In this document: positions 45,069 through 57,570 of the stretch, in pieces | Layout: each line of letters begins with the position of its first letter | Numbering within the stretch: the first letter of the stretch is position 1 | DNA from: Selaginella moellendorffii | Lineage: Eukaryota; Plantae; Lycopodiophyta | Assembly (NCBI RefSeq): GCF_000143415.4 | Contig: NW_003314341.1 | Coordinates: 229,869 to 293,868, forward strand | DNA: 64,000 bases | Direction of reading: 5' to 3' | The notes under the pieces: generated by a model | The model's database searches: none | What the model was told of the DNA's origin: nothing | Seen by the model: only the letters and a program-made list of their open reading frames with translations | Program-made: the position numbers and the translations under genes

Positions 45069-47714
45069 TTAGTATGACATTTCTTTCTCGATCTCGCTCC
45101 GGATCAGTGGCACAAGAGAGCCTCGTGAATCCAATTCTTTAGCGAGACGGTGCGTGTTCACGCTGTGAACTTTGACAGTCACCTGCAAAGGAAAAAAAAA
45201 AAACCACAAAAAAGCATTTTTTTAATGTTGTAAGTTGTGAGATTGATCAGAGTGGAAGCTACCATGACCTTGGTGTCGGGTAGAATCCTTGCTTGAGCGC
45301 AATCGTGTGACCAGCTTCCACAGTGGACGGAGATATCCGCATTTGACTCACGGACGGCGTCGAGCAGCGTTTGCTTGTACTGCTCCAGCCACGATGCATC
45401 TTTCCCTGGTCTGATGGAGGATGACTCCAGATCCACCTGCAAGGAAGTGACAGCCATCATCAATGCGAGAAAGATTGAGAAACGAAAAAAACAGAGAAGA
45501 AAAGGAATGAAAACTAGTACAGTTTTTTCTTATTACCTGGGGGCAAAAGGCCAGAACTGAAGTAGCCAGCCGTGAGAAGCGCAATGCTGCTGTTGCTCCC
45601 ATAGAATCTCCCAGCATGACGACTCGCTTGTAGCTTTCCACTGCAGCTTCCAGTTCTCGCTTGTAATAGCTTCCAAGTTGGTGCTCCTGCCGCGAGTTAA
45701 CAATGCTGGTCAGCTCCACGACTTGTTCCTTGTTTTGAGTGTACCAAGATCGCCAGCTATCAACAACATATAATATGTCGAAAGCTGGAGTCACTCCACT
45801 GGCTTCCATTTCTTTTTTGACTCTGCTCAGCAATCCTCCCCTTGAGAAAGGAAAAACAAAAGGAATGTGTAAGGAATGAGAACTTCTCATTTGTAAAGAA
45901 CAAGCCAAGACTGACGCGTTTTACCAGTTGGGAACACCCGGAGCGCTTCCAAATGCTACAACTAGAACAGTCGCTTCCTTCCAATTTGGATTTCTCGCAT
46001 TGTATCTGTGAAGCTGATGCAGCAACTTATTGTAAAGCGAGAAAAATATTTTTGTAGCCATCTACCTTGAAGTAGCCACCGTCAGACACAGCGTCTCCGG
46101 TTCCAGCAACATCTGATACGCTTAAAACTTCTAGGAGCTTGGAAGAGATTTGATCTGGCAATTTCTACAACTCCACAAACATGTGAGACTTTAAGATTGG
46201 TGGCGGGTCTAGATGCTGTTCTTACCACATCTGAGCTTACACCAAACGCCTTCATACCATCTGGCAGGTGACACAAGGATTCAGCCTGAAAGGGATTTCC
46301 CTGAGAAAGGGAAACAATAAAACTCTTGGTGAAAACAAATATATGCCTTGAAAACCAAACCTCTAGCCAGAGATTGCGAAGAGATTTCAAATCCTGGAGC
46401 GCTGGAGGAAGGTGATGAAGATTGTTTCCATACCTTCACAGCTAGGCAATAAGAGAAAAGTATTGGAATAGAAGATGGATGGCTGCTTACAGTGATAAAG
46501 ACTCCAAAGCTTGTAGATATCCTATAGATCTGGGCAAGGATTGAAGCTGGTTGTCCGCAATGCAGAGCTGTTTCAAAGATACCAGCCCGTCTAAAGTTGA
46601 TGGCAAGCTTTCCAAGCTGTTCCCCTGCAGCATGATATGCTATTTCAGCACGAAGCTTTATCTTTTGCATCGTCTGGACAAGGATAAAAGAAAGAGAACG
46701 AAGATGTCAACGAGTATAGCACAGGATTAGAGACCTTACTTGTAACCACAGCTCTTGCAACGATGGAAGGCTTCCAATGCTTGAGGGAAGATGGAAAAGG
46801 AGGTTGCCAAATACTGCCAAAATTCGCAACGCGCACAAAGATCCAATACCTGTTTACAAGTTTTGAAACTTTTCTCTTATTGCATTCCAAATGGTACCAG
46901 AAGGTAGCTCGATGAGATTGTTGCCAGCCACCGAAAGAACCTTGCAAAATCAATAAAGAAGTTGCTTAAACATTGGTTTGTTCATCGAATCCAAAGCCTA
47001 CCTCGAGGCTCTTAAGACCGGAAAGCGTTTCTGGAAGAATGGCCAGCTGATTACCGGCGAGTGCTAGAAACCGGAGCTGCTCGAGTTTGCCTATCTGTAA
47101 ACCACAAGGAAGTTCTATGATTATTCCAACCATGCTGAAAGCATACTTGTGGAGGAAGAGCGTGAAGAAGATTCCCATGGACCCATAATCCTTGCAAGTG
47201 CGTCAAGGTGCCTATACTTTCTGGCAAAGTACGCAGAGAATTTCCGGCAAGTCCCAGTCTTTGAAGCTGGAAGAACATACTTTAGTGAAAATGCTATGAA
47301 CTGTGAGACCGCAACTTCCGATCAACTTACGTTTTTGAGCTTGTAAATCTCCTCGGGAAGATTGGTAATGCGGTTGCCTGCGACCGAAAGATCGACAAGC
47401 TCCGAGAGACCAAAGACCTGCGCTGGTATTTCTTCGAGACCTGAGAGGGAAGAAAAACTCTATACAAAATCAGCTTGCTTGGAACTTGCATTCTTACCAC
47501 AATCGCTCAAGTCGAGCCTTCCAGTGCTAGCTGCTACAGAGATGCGAGCCTCCAAATCTATCATACTCTTTTCTTCGCAAGGGAAGAACAAAGGAAAAAA
47601 GAAACCTTTACCCGAGGAGATTGGTGGTGCTGGCAAAACCGAGCAATGGGTTATGGTGGAGCATCGGGACGAACACGAATGGCCCACTGGCGCATTCAGC
47701 AACAACGGAGCCAT
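45069..47714 (-). CDS. LRR + alpha/beta-hydrolase-fold protein with a transit-peptide-like N-terminus, multi-exon
   Basis: RLDLSDCG, LQRLGLAGNSLRTLPESIGTLTHLQGLWVHGNLLHALP and LRFLALAGNQLAILPE, followed by FDILYVVDSWRSWY and nucleophile elbow VVMLGDSMGATAALRF; stop at 45069. Confidence 0.8.
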
Positions 47715-47802
47715 AGCTATCGCAAGGAAAGAAAAAAGAAAAGATTTTGTTGACAAAATGGTGTTAAGTCGACTTGGTCGCTAAAACTATCGGTGAGATC
47801 AC

Positions 47803-49675
47803 TCAATTGTCTATGCGCTTCCTCTTGCGGTTTTCATCTTCGGACCTTCGAGGAGCCTCGTCTTCGCTCAGTTCACCACTCGCCTCTTTCTCGCTCGGCC
47901 TCCACATTTGCTGGAGCAGCGGTGCTGGTGGAAGTGGTGGTAGAAACATCGGTGGCCGTCCATATCCCATGAAAGCGGCTGGAAACGGTGGTGGCAGCGC
48001 TCCAAAACGTCCCATCTCCAGCGTCTCGTGGTGTTCTTCAGCGTCGGGAGGAGCTTCTTCGCGCTCGGCCTCAGACTCGTTCGCAACAGCCTGTGGAAAG
48101 AAAGAAGATCAAAACGAAGTCCGCCTAGAAAAGAATTTGCAAACCATGAGATTGCTGTCGAGTTCCAGATAGAGGAGCTCTGCAAGCTCTTGTCCAACAG
48201 ATGGTTCGACCTCTTGGCAGTCTCGACTTATCTGTTCAAGGAGAAAGAGTTTCACAAATAGCTGAAAGCATGAACGTAAACCTTGACTGGGAGATTCTCG
48301 TTGTATGGATTGTGCAAGTGTCTCGTCTTGTGGAAGGATAGCTCGCACAACTAAAACAAAAACAAATCGAGTCAGTCGAGGAAAGAAGAAAGAAAAGAGA
48401 AAAGAACTCGCCTTGAGCCACTTGAGACGAAAGTTTCGACCATAGCTGCCCATCCCGTGCGATTGCTTCCATCCCGCAGTTCCATGAGCAGCACCTCCGG
48501 CTTTGGACATCATCCTGGCACACCCCTGTGAGCAGCAAAGCCGGAGAAGAAACACACAACAAAGCTTGTGTTGATTTCTCAAAGAGACGAATGGATCATG
48601 AAAAAGAGATGGAAAAAAAGTCGACAAAGAACTTACTTGAAAATGACGAGTTTCATTAACTGAGAAAATAAGAATCACATGTTCACAAGATTCAAGAGCT
48701 TCGTTGAGCTTTGCCTCGTTATTTCTATGCGTAGCCCACACCCCGCGTCGAACGGACAGCTCAAGGTTCTCTCGATTGCTACTCTTAACTATGAAATACC
48801 TGCTTTGAGCTGCAAACTCTCAGTATCACAGCAGCTTGGTTTTTTCTTTGCGTTTTTGTTAAAGTTACCTCGAGAAGCCATACGGGAGTGGATTCGAGGC
48901 CGACATCATCTTTCGAGGCTTCCCTCCATTCGGTCCTCCATTTTGATGATCGTAGCCTCCTTGTTGCTGCATCATCGGAGGACGAAGAGGGGGCGTGTCC
49001 GAATTCATGTGTTGCTGCTGCTGCTTTTGATGGGGCTGATACCGAAACTTTGACAAGTGTTGCTCCACCGGAGGTGGCGGCCCGGGCAGCTTCTCGTGTC
49101 GATACCGACACTCTGGTCCATTGGGACAGAATCCAAGCTTGTACCTGTGGACAAACAAGGCAAACAAAACCAATTAAGATACAAACATGAACGACAAAAA
49201 CTTGCTCTGGGAAGAACTTCTTCTAAGCTATAGCGACATGAAAACAAAACAATGGACTAAGCTATAGCGACATGAAAACTAAACACCTGGGAGCTACAAA
49301 GGAAAAGAAATGAGAGCTTACTTACATGTTGCATTCTTTGATGTCCTCGGTGCTGTGCTTGTAGATACAATCCGGCTCTCTACACTCCCCAAACCTCGCA
49401 AAAAATCGGCACAGCGGCATTCTCGACTTGTCATACTGGTGGAGGAAGCCGCAATCGTTCCCTTTCATGCACAATCCCCTCAGCCAGTGCCGGCACACCG
49501 TCTGCCTGAAGCTACGCCTGACCGGACCGCGCGGCGCCATCGACATCCCCTGCCCCTGCACAGCGCCGCCTCCAAGGCCGCCCATGGCCTGCGGAGGCGG
49601 CGCTTGGCCGCTCGCCGCCGTGACAGCATCCAATCCTCCCTCGAAATCGAAATTGAGGCCTCCATCGTCGTCCAT
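47803..49675 (-). CDS. CPSF30: CPSF30-L (three CCCH zinc fingers + YTH domain)
   Basis: MDDDGGLNFDFEGGLD, RSFRQTVCRHWLRGLCMKG, IKECNMYKLGFCPNGPECRYRH; YTH motifs RYFIVKSSNRENLELS, WATHRNNEAKLNEA, ISRDCQE. Confidence 0.95.
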
Positions 49676-49781
49676 CCCCCGCAAACCCTAGCCAGAGTTT
49701 AGGGTTCTTTGAAAGTGTATATTCCATGGGGCTTTCATGACGTTGTGAGGGTTTCGTCGTTTAGGGTTCCTTGGCGCGGCC

Positions 49782-52700
49782 ATGACGGCATCGGCCGGCA
49801 TTTCTGCCGGCGCTGCCGCCCGTGTGGAATGCCGCTGCTGTCCATGCGCGTCGTCGCTCAGGTAATCCACTCGCATTGTCGATTCTCTTGTGTCGCCGCA
49901 TTGTGATCGATCGTGCGATTCGATTGCCAGCAGCAGCAGCGGGGATTGCCGAGTGAAGCTTTCAGCTGTGAGAAGTAAGTAGTAGTAATGAGCGTGATGC
50001 GCTGAGCTCCAGCTGTTTGAAATCCAGAGAGAAGGCTGCAAAAGGCGATTTTTTTGTGCGGAAAGAAGCAGCTAACGCGCCAGCCAGCAGGAGCTTCTCT
50101 CTTGCCCGACTCAAGCTGGTTTTTCCAAGAGAAACGGAAGAACACAGACCTCCCAGTGACGCAGTTTGTGCAGTGTGCATTGTTTGAGGTACTTATGGCT
50201 AGCATTTTGTTTCCTTTCTCAATGTGTGTGTTGCAGGCAGTGGTGATTGAAATGACTATGCGTTTCTCGTGGAAGCATCTGTCGGGTGCTTTGCGAGACT
50301 TTGAGTTGTTAACGGCTGCTCGAGCGTTTCTAAAAGGCTTACACGCATGTAAGCCAGTGGGAGTTCCGGGACCAGACTTCCCTTCAAGAGCTAATTTCGC
50401 TAAGGTGGATTGGAGCAGATCACGCATCTCTTACATGCTAGATGTCATGCTCGAAAGGCATCCCATGTCGTAAGCACTATACCATTCAACTGCAAGCATT
50501 GTAAGTTTCAAATGGCTTTAATTCTCCGGCAATCTTGTATTTTTCTTCTCTTATATTGACGAGTGCATTCGCAGATACATGTGCCTGCTTGCTATGGGAT
50601 GCGTGGCTCTGACTTTGATCGGAGGGATTATTTTTAATAAGAACAGGTACTCGTGTTTTGTTTTCTAATGTTCGCGTGTTTCATTCCCGTGCTGGCAGGA
50701 CTTTTAACCAAAAACTTGAAGATTCATTTTGGGATGCTTGGGCTTGTGTTTGTGCATCAAGTATGCACCTCAAAGTGAGCAAATCGGAGAAACTTACCGT
50801 AGATTCTCTTGCTGACCATTTCGCTGCAGGAGACAACTCGTGCTGAGAGAGCAATCGGTTTGATGCTGGCAATGTGCGGAATATTAGTTTATACACTTCT
50901 CATGGGCACGATAAATGCTCAGTTTAAAGTTCGTTGCAACAACTACTGTTTTAAAATTATTTAAGTGTTTGAATGCGTGATTTGCAGAGTCATATGGATC
51001 GGCTGAGGGAAGGTGCTCATTCTCAAGTGTATGAAGATGGACATATTGTAATTTGTGGTGCGAACAACCATCTCGTGACCGTTCTCAAACAAATTAACAA
51101 ACGTCAAGCACACCACTGGCGTTCTGGAGCAGCGAGATCGAGGTATGATAGAAGCGAAACGTGTGTTTCTGTAATTTCTTTGTTTATGTGCAGAAAGCAG
51201 ACAGTGTTGCTTCTCTCTGAGCGTCCACGAGCCTACACTGATCAGCTTGTGATGAGTGTAAAAGACCAACCTCATCTTAATATTTTAACACGAAGGTATG
51301 GTTGGTTCTTTTCTTACGACTTGCGCCTAACTTGTATGCGTTTAGTGGAAGTCTGAGCTCCACGCTGTCCTTCCTTCGAGTTGGTGCAGATAAAGCTCGC
51401 ACCGTGTGTTTTCTTTCCAACAAGGATGACACGTAAGTTTTAGATAACAAGAGATATTGATGACTTCAGGTACGTTTAATGTGCAGATACGAGGCGGATG
51501 CAGAGGTTGTTCTTTCGGTGTTGGCTCTTCGGCCTTTACTTCAAGGATTTAAAGGAAATGTAATTGCAGAGGTAACAGAGAGTAAAGAACTTTCAGTTTA
51601 CAATGCGTACAAGATTTTCCGTTTTGTGCAGGTCTCAAAAGCGAGCTCTGCTAATCTTTTAATGTCATTGTCGGGAACGAGAGTGCAAACCGTTCAAAAT
51701 CTTTCAGCAAAGCTATTTGTACAATGTTCACGGCAACCAGGGCTACGGGACGTATACAGACAAGTGCTCAGCTATGGGAGTAAATTCTAAACATAAAAAA
51801 CCTCACAAAGTAACAGAGGTTGAATGCTTAAAGCTTTTGGAATGTTTCTGAAGAAGAAAATCTCTCTGGGCAGAGCATGTCATAAACCTCTACAAATATC
51901 CGGGACTATCAGGTTTGCACTACCAACAAGTCCGACGAGGCTTTCCAGAGGTAATTCTAAAGTTTTCCTAATACTGGTGATTTATTGGGAACAAGCAGGC
52001 TATAATTTGTGGAATCCTTCGAGAAGGAAAGCTTGATTTCCATCCCCATGAGGATCTTGTCGTCCGTAGCAGCGACAAGGTATAAGAAGCTTTCGTATTC
52101 TCTAATGTTGCTCATAATTTTCGACATGCTGTAGTTCCTCGTTATAGCACCGAAAGGAACTCAAAAGGAAGCTCCACATAGTCTTGTGAAGATCGCTGAG
52201 AGATATCGCAAGACCCTTAACACAATTGACAAAATCCTATGCGACTGTAGAGGTGGACAGAAATGTCAGATTTCCACCGAACACGTACCAAAGCCACAAC
52301 CAAAGGTAATAAGTAGCATTTCTCGTTTCGAGCATCAATTTACAGCATGAAGTCTCATTGCAGGCGGCCGAGAAAGTCCTTGCTAGAAAAGAACGAATTG
52401 TTATTCTCGGGTGGCGCCCAGATGTTTGTGATATGGTTCTCGAGTACGATGATTATGTTGGTCCGGGTAGTGAATTGGTACGCATAGACCATTCATTGGT
52501 GATTTCGTTTCGAACCCTGCGTTGATGTCAGGTTATACTAGCTGAGGCCTCCTTGGAAGAAAGGCAACTCGTAATGGACAGAAGATTTTCAAGGCCATTG
52601 CGGAACATAACGTTGACGCACAAGGTACTGGCATTTGTCCTCGGGATGCTTGCTATTACTCGTGAATTTCTGTAGTAGATTGGAAGTCCCATGAGTCGAA

Positions 52701-53661
52701 CAGACTTGAAACTTGCTATTACAAACATTGCTCCGGAGTTTGGAAATGAGGATACTCCGCCTTTGTCAATCTGCGTCATTGCGGATGGCAAGTGGCACGT
52801 CGGAGGTATGGTGGTTGTGTGAAGGATGGAAATTGTCGGTTGACGCGTTTTTGCTTTACCAGGCACCCCAAAGGCAGACAAACAGTCCGCGTTTGCTCTT
52901 CTTCTCGCAGAAGCGCTATGCAGAGAGTATAAAATCAAGGTAGGCTGCGTCCATTGGCAATGCTTTCGTTTTGGCAATGTGCTTGCTTCAGGTGACGAGT
53001 TTGGTCGCCGAGTTCGTTGACAAGAAGCTTGGAAAGCAGGTTCGCTGCACCGACTTATATGATACTATATTCTCTTTCCTATTCAGGTTGTTCAAAGCCA
53101 CCCGTCTCTAAATTACATCTGTACCCACGAGTTATCAGGGCTCGTCACTACTCAAGGTGCTCACAAGCTCTTCTGGCTCGACTCGAACTCTTGAAAGTTC
53201 TTGCTTCTTTTTCCTTCTCCAGTGTCGGAAAATTCGGATTTAAATGCGGTCTGGACGGAGCTCCTCAACTCGTGGGGGAATGAGATATATGTCCAGGTAT
53301 TCATTCACCTGTCTGTTTTTTCAAGACTCTACTCAACCTGGAAGTCATTGTGTTTCAGGATATTGGCCTTTACGCAACCACCAATGAAGCTCCCTCGTTC
53401 AACGAGCTTGTAGAGCGTGCGGTCTTGCGTGAAGAGGTAGCTATAGGATATCGGCGAGGCAACAAAGTGGTACGCCTTTTACTTGTTAGCATAGGCAGCA
53501 CAATAGGGATGATTTCTTTCTTTTGTGCATTCGTTTCCTGATTCGATCTCTTGTTTGTGTTAAACCAGGTGATCAATCCCAAGTCGAAAGAAATACCACT
53601 CAGATTCAAACCGGGAGACGCACTGGTGGTAATTGCCGAGGACCAATACGGAGTGAGCTAA
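49782..53661 (+). CDS. CASTOR/POLLUX-like plastid envelope cation channel (PEC/POLLUX-like), many exons
   Basis: LEDSFWDAWACVCASSMHLK, MDRLREGAHSQVYEDGHIVICG, SAKLFVQCSRQPGL, ERIVILGWRP, VWTELLNSWGNEIYV, AVLREEVAIGY, VINP; transit-like N-terminus. Confidence 0.88.
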
Positions 53662-53943
53662 GAGCTAAGGTGAGAACGTCCTGCCCGCGCTTTGGAAGAA
53701 TATGCTTATATTTAAACGTGAGCTCCCGGATCTTGGGAGGAATAGCAAATAGACTCGAGCGCCGTCAAGACCGGCGTGTATCGAGATCTGATGGTCAGGA
53801 TTGAATTTTTGTGTGGTCTCTCCAATGTTGCTCGCTGGTGTCGTCTAGCTTGGTTGCTGCAAGGTTTAAATCAATTCATCCAGTTACTTGGACTACTGAT
53901 GCTTCACCTCTTTCTTTCTTTTTTCCTGTGAAGAAGATCGATC

Positions 53944-56305
53944 ATGGGGTCCAATTTCCTTCCCGAGGAGTCGTTCCAGAGCTGGAGCAGCTATGTCCAC
54001 GCCCTGTCGGAAACGCGGCCTCGATTCATGGACAGGCTGCGAGCTCGCTCCAGCGATCAGGAAGAGCTGCTGGAAGTTAAGTCGCGGAGCAAGAACGAGA
54101 TGATCAAGACGCTCAACTGGTGGGATCTCATGTGGTTTGGGATTGGAGCGGTGATTGGAGCTGGAGTGTTCGTGCTGACGGGACAGGAAGCTAAGGAGCA
54201 CGCGGGGCCTGCGATCATTCTCTCGTACGCCGTTGCTGGACTCTCCGCCATGCTCTCCGTCTTTTGCTACACGGAATTCGCTGTGGAGATCCCTGTCGCT
54301 GGTACGCTTTCCTTTCCTTGATCTCAGTTGCTTCGCTCTTGAGTTTCTGTGAGTTGCTTGGTGATAGCGTTTGCTTGGTTGAGCTTCGTGGATGAAGTCT
54401 TGCCGGTGAGTAGAGAATCTCTTTTTGTTGCTTTGCTTGTTTGCTAGTGATCAAATCGACGGGTAATCACGAGACACTGTTTTTCCTGAATGTTGTTTGT
54501 CTACCTGGGTCTGTAACATCAATAACGGCTGAGCGACTTTCCTTGATCTCAGTTGCTTCGCTCTTGAGTTTCTGTGAGTTGCTTGGCTTGATAGTGTTTG
54601 CTTGGTTGAGCTTCGTGGATGAAGTCTTGCCGGTGAGTAGAGAATCTCTTTTTGTTGCTTTGCTTGTTTGCTAGTGGTCGGTGAGAATTAAATCGACGGA
54701 TAATCACGAGACAGTGTTGTTCCTGACTGTTGTTTGTCTACTTTGGTCTGTAACATCAATAACGGCTTCCTTGTGGACTTTCTCCATGAGCGACTTTTGT
54801 TTTTTCTTCGTTGGTTGATGACTTTCAATTCTCTGTTTTACTACCATTAAGCTTTAATATGTTTCTGGATGAAAGGTGGCTCATTTGCGTACTTGCGAGT
54901 GGAGCTGGGCGACTTCGCGGCTTTCATCGCGGCAGGAAACATCGTCCTCGAGTACATTATCGGCAACGCGGCCGTGGCTCGCTCCTGGACGGGATACTTC
55001 GCAGCTCTCCTCAACCACGACAGCTCCGACTTCCGGATCTACGCACCATCTCTGGCAAAGGACTACAACTATTTGGATCCAATCGCAGTGGTAGTCCTCT
55101 GTATCGCGGGAGCCATCGCCTGCTACAGCACTCGTCATGCCTCCACGCTCAACTGGATCGCCTCCGTCGTCAACATGCTCGTCATCGCCTTCATCATCGT
55201 CGCCGGACTCACGCAGGCCGACACTTCCAACTACACCCCTTTCATGCCTGGCGGCGTCCGGGGCCTCTTCAGTGCTGCGTCCGTCCTCTTCTTCGCCTAC
55301 CTCGGCTTCGACGCCGTCTCCACCATGGCCGAGGAGACGAAGAACCCCGGCCGGGACATACCACTCGGCCTCCTCGCCTCCATGACCATGGCCACGGTGA
55401 TCTACTGCTTGATGGCGCTGACGCTCAGCCTCATGACCCCAAACGCTCTCATCGACAAGGACGCTCCTTTCTCGGTGGCTTTCAAGCTCCACGGCATGAA
55501 CTGGGCTCAGTATCTCGTCGCGCTGGGAGCTCTCAAGGGAATGACCACCGTTCTCCTCGTTGGTGCTGTCGGACAGGCCCGCTACTTGACTCACATTGCT
55601 CGGACACACATGATCCCGCCGTGGTTCGCCGTTGTCAACGGGAAAACTTCCACTCCAGTGAACGCCACCGCCGTCATGGTTGCTGCCAGTGCCATCGTCG
55701 CGTTCTTCTCCAGCCTCGGGATCCTGGCCAACCTCTTGTCCATCAGCACGCTGTTTATCTTCAGCATGGTGGCGATGGCTCTGCTTGTCCGGAGATACTA
55801 CGTCGAGGGGGTGACGAGCACGCGTCATGCGCTCGAGTTTGTCGGCTTCATGGCGGTCATACTCGCTTCCTCGATTGCCATCGCGATTTACTGGGCCGTG
55901 AGCGACGGGTGGATCGGCTACGTTGTTGCTGTTCCGGTTTGGTTCCTGGCTACCGCAGGCCTGGCCGTGTTTGTGCCGACTTCCAGAAAGCCGAAGGTGT
56001 GGGGGGTGCCGCTGGTGCCTTGGCTGCCATCGCTGTCGATTGCTACCAACATTTTCCTGCTGGGATCCATCGACACGGCCTCGTTCGTGAGGTTTGCGGT
56101 GTGGACGGGGCTCATGCTCCTCTACTATGTCTTCTTCGGCCTCCACGCATCGTATGACGTCTCCAAGGAAAAAACGAAGAGGGATCCGAAGATGGAAGAG
56201 CCTGTCAAGCACGCAAGCAACGACGTCGAGGCAGCTGCCACTGATGAGCACAGCAAGGCCGTTTTGCTCGAGAATGGAACTGCAGAGCAACAGACAAACA
56301 ACTAA
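53944..56305 (+). CDS. Cationic amino acid transporter (CAT1/5-like, APC family); exons 53944-54301 and 54876-56305
   Basis: LNWWDLMWFGIGAVIGAGVFVLTG, CYTEFAVEIPVAGGSFAYLRVELG, GFDAVSTMAEETKNP, WGVPLVPWLPS. Confidence 0.95.
54312..54767. repeat. Two-copy tandem duplication (about 225-bp period) inside the CAT intron
   Basis: CTTTCCTTGATCTCAGTTGCTTCGC...AATAACGGCT at 54312-54530 and 54537-54767. Confidence 0.9.
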
Positions 56306-56834
56306 CAAACATGCCTCGTGATAAAATAAAGTTGAAAGTGTGGTTGAAAGACATACAAGCTCGAAAGCGATTTTAATATTGAGTTCTAGAACTAGAACAG
56401 AAAAGATTCCCATGAACTGTATATTACATTAACTTCTCAAACGTGAATCTGATACTGTTTCTAAGGAAGGATTGCCAAAGATTGCTTTACTATCACTCGG
56501 TGCTTATATTCGCTAGAAACCGACAAAGAACCTGCCTAGTAACGATCGACACAGCATGAAACATGTTCAAGCTTGAAGCGCTATGATATGATCCATCGAC
56601 TCACATTCTAAATCCAATGCTCGTTTCTAAGTCTTCTTCGCTTCGTATAACGTATCTGAAAGAGGAGAAGAAAGGAACCAGGAATCCAAGCCTTTGTAAA
56701 GCACGCAAGGAATGACGTCGAAATGAAGAGCAAAACAAGGCAGTTTTGCTCCACAAGGGACCCAACGGACAAACAAACTAAAAACACTCCCTATTCTCTA
56801 GGAAAACAGATCACAACAACAATCTCGTTTTGAT

Positions 56835-57360
56835 TCACTTGTCGACCTGAGCTGTGCATGCAAACAATCCAATCCTCAAAAACTCTACTGCCTAAGCTGT
56901 AAAAAAAAAAAAAAACTTACCCAGCTTTCCGAGTCCATTGCAACGAGCACACACGATTTGGGTGTTATCCTTCCTTGCAGCGTTCGCGGTCAGCTTGGAA
57001 CCAGTCTTCCTCACGAATCCCGCTCCATCGCACTCGGGACACCTGAAAAAAACTCAAGGGACATCAGTCAGCCATGGATGAATTGAAAAAACGAGAAAAA
57101 CAGATCGTTACTCACAGATCCTTGCGGGAGAAGAAGATGGGAAATGCAGTTCCTATGACTGCAATCCCAATTGCCCCGGCGATCAAGTAGCTTGTGCTGT
57201 TCGATGAGAGCTCACCAACGGCACACACCACTTTGGGTCCTCGACGTCGGCCTCCGTTGCTACTTATCCCCACCACTGAACCTCTGCTGTAAGCGCCTAC
57301 GCGACACGAGCTCGACGCAACAGTGCCGCTGGAGATGGAGAGTGCTGCTGATGTCGCCAT
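56835..57360 (-). CDS. FIP: Small thylakoid DnaJ-like zinc-finger protein (FtsH5-interacting protein homolog), 3 exons
   Basis: Transit peptide, TM segment LIAGAIGIAVIGTAFPIFFSRKD, CPECDGAGFVRK...NAARKD..QIVCARCNGLGKLAQVDK*. Confidence 0.85.
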
Positions 57361-57570
57361 GAGAGGAGCTTCTGTCAGTTAGCAGCGAAAGAGCAGCCAG
57401 CCAAGCCTTATCCGACCATAGTATTTATAAGAGGCACGTCTTGTGGATAAAAACTCACCTGTATAGTACTTTCTTAAAAGGCTTAAAACATTTCGTGTTG
57501 AGTAAATCGAAAACTCACAGCTTTAGCTCCATTTTGCTTGAATGGTTGCTCGGACGAGCAGTGAATAATG

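Noticed and set aside
54811-56413. 448-aa alternate-frame and 510-aa antisense ORFs over CAT
   Set aside because: By-products of high GC3 codon usage in the transporter exon.
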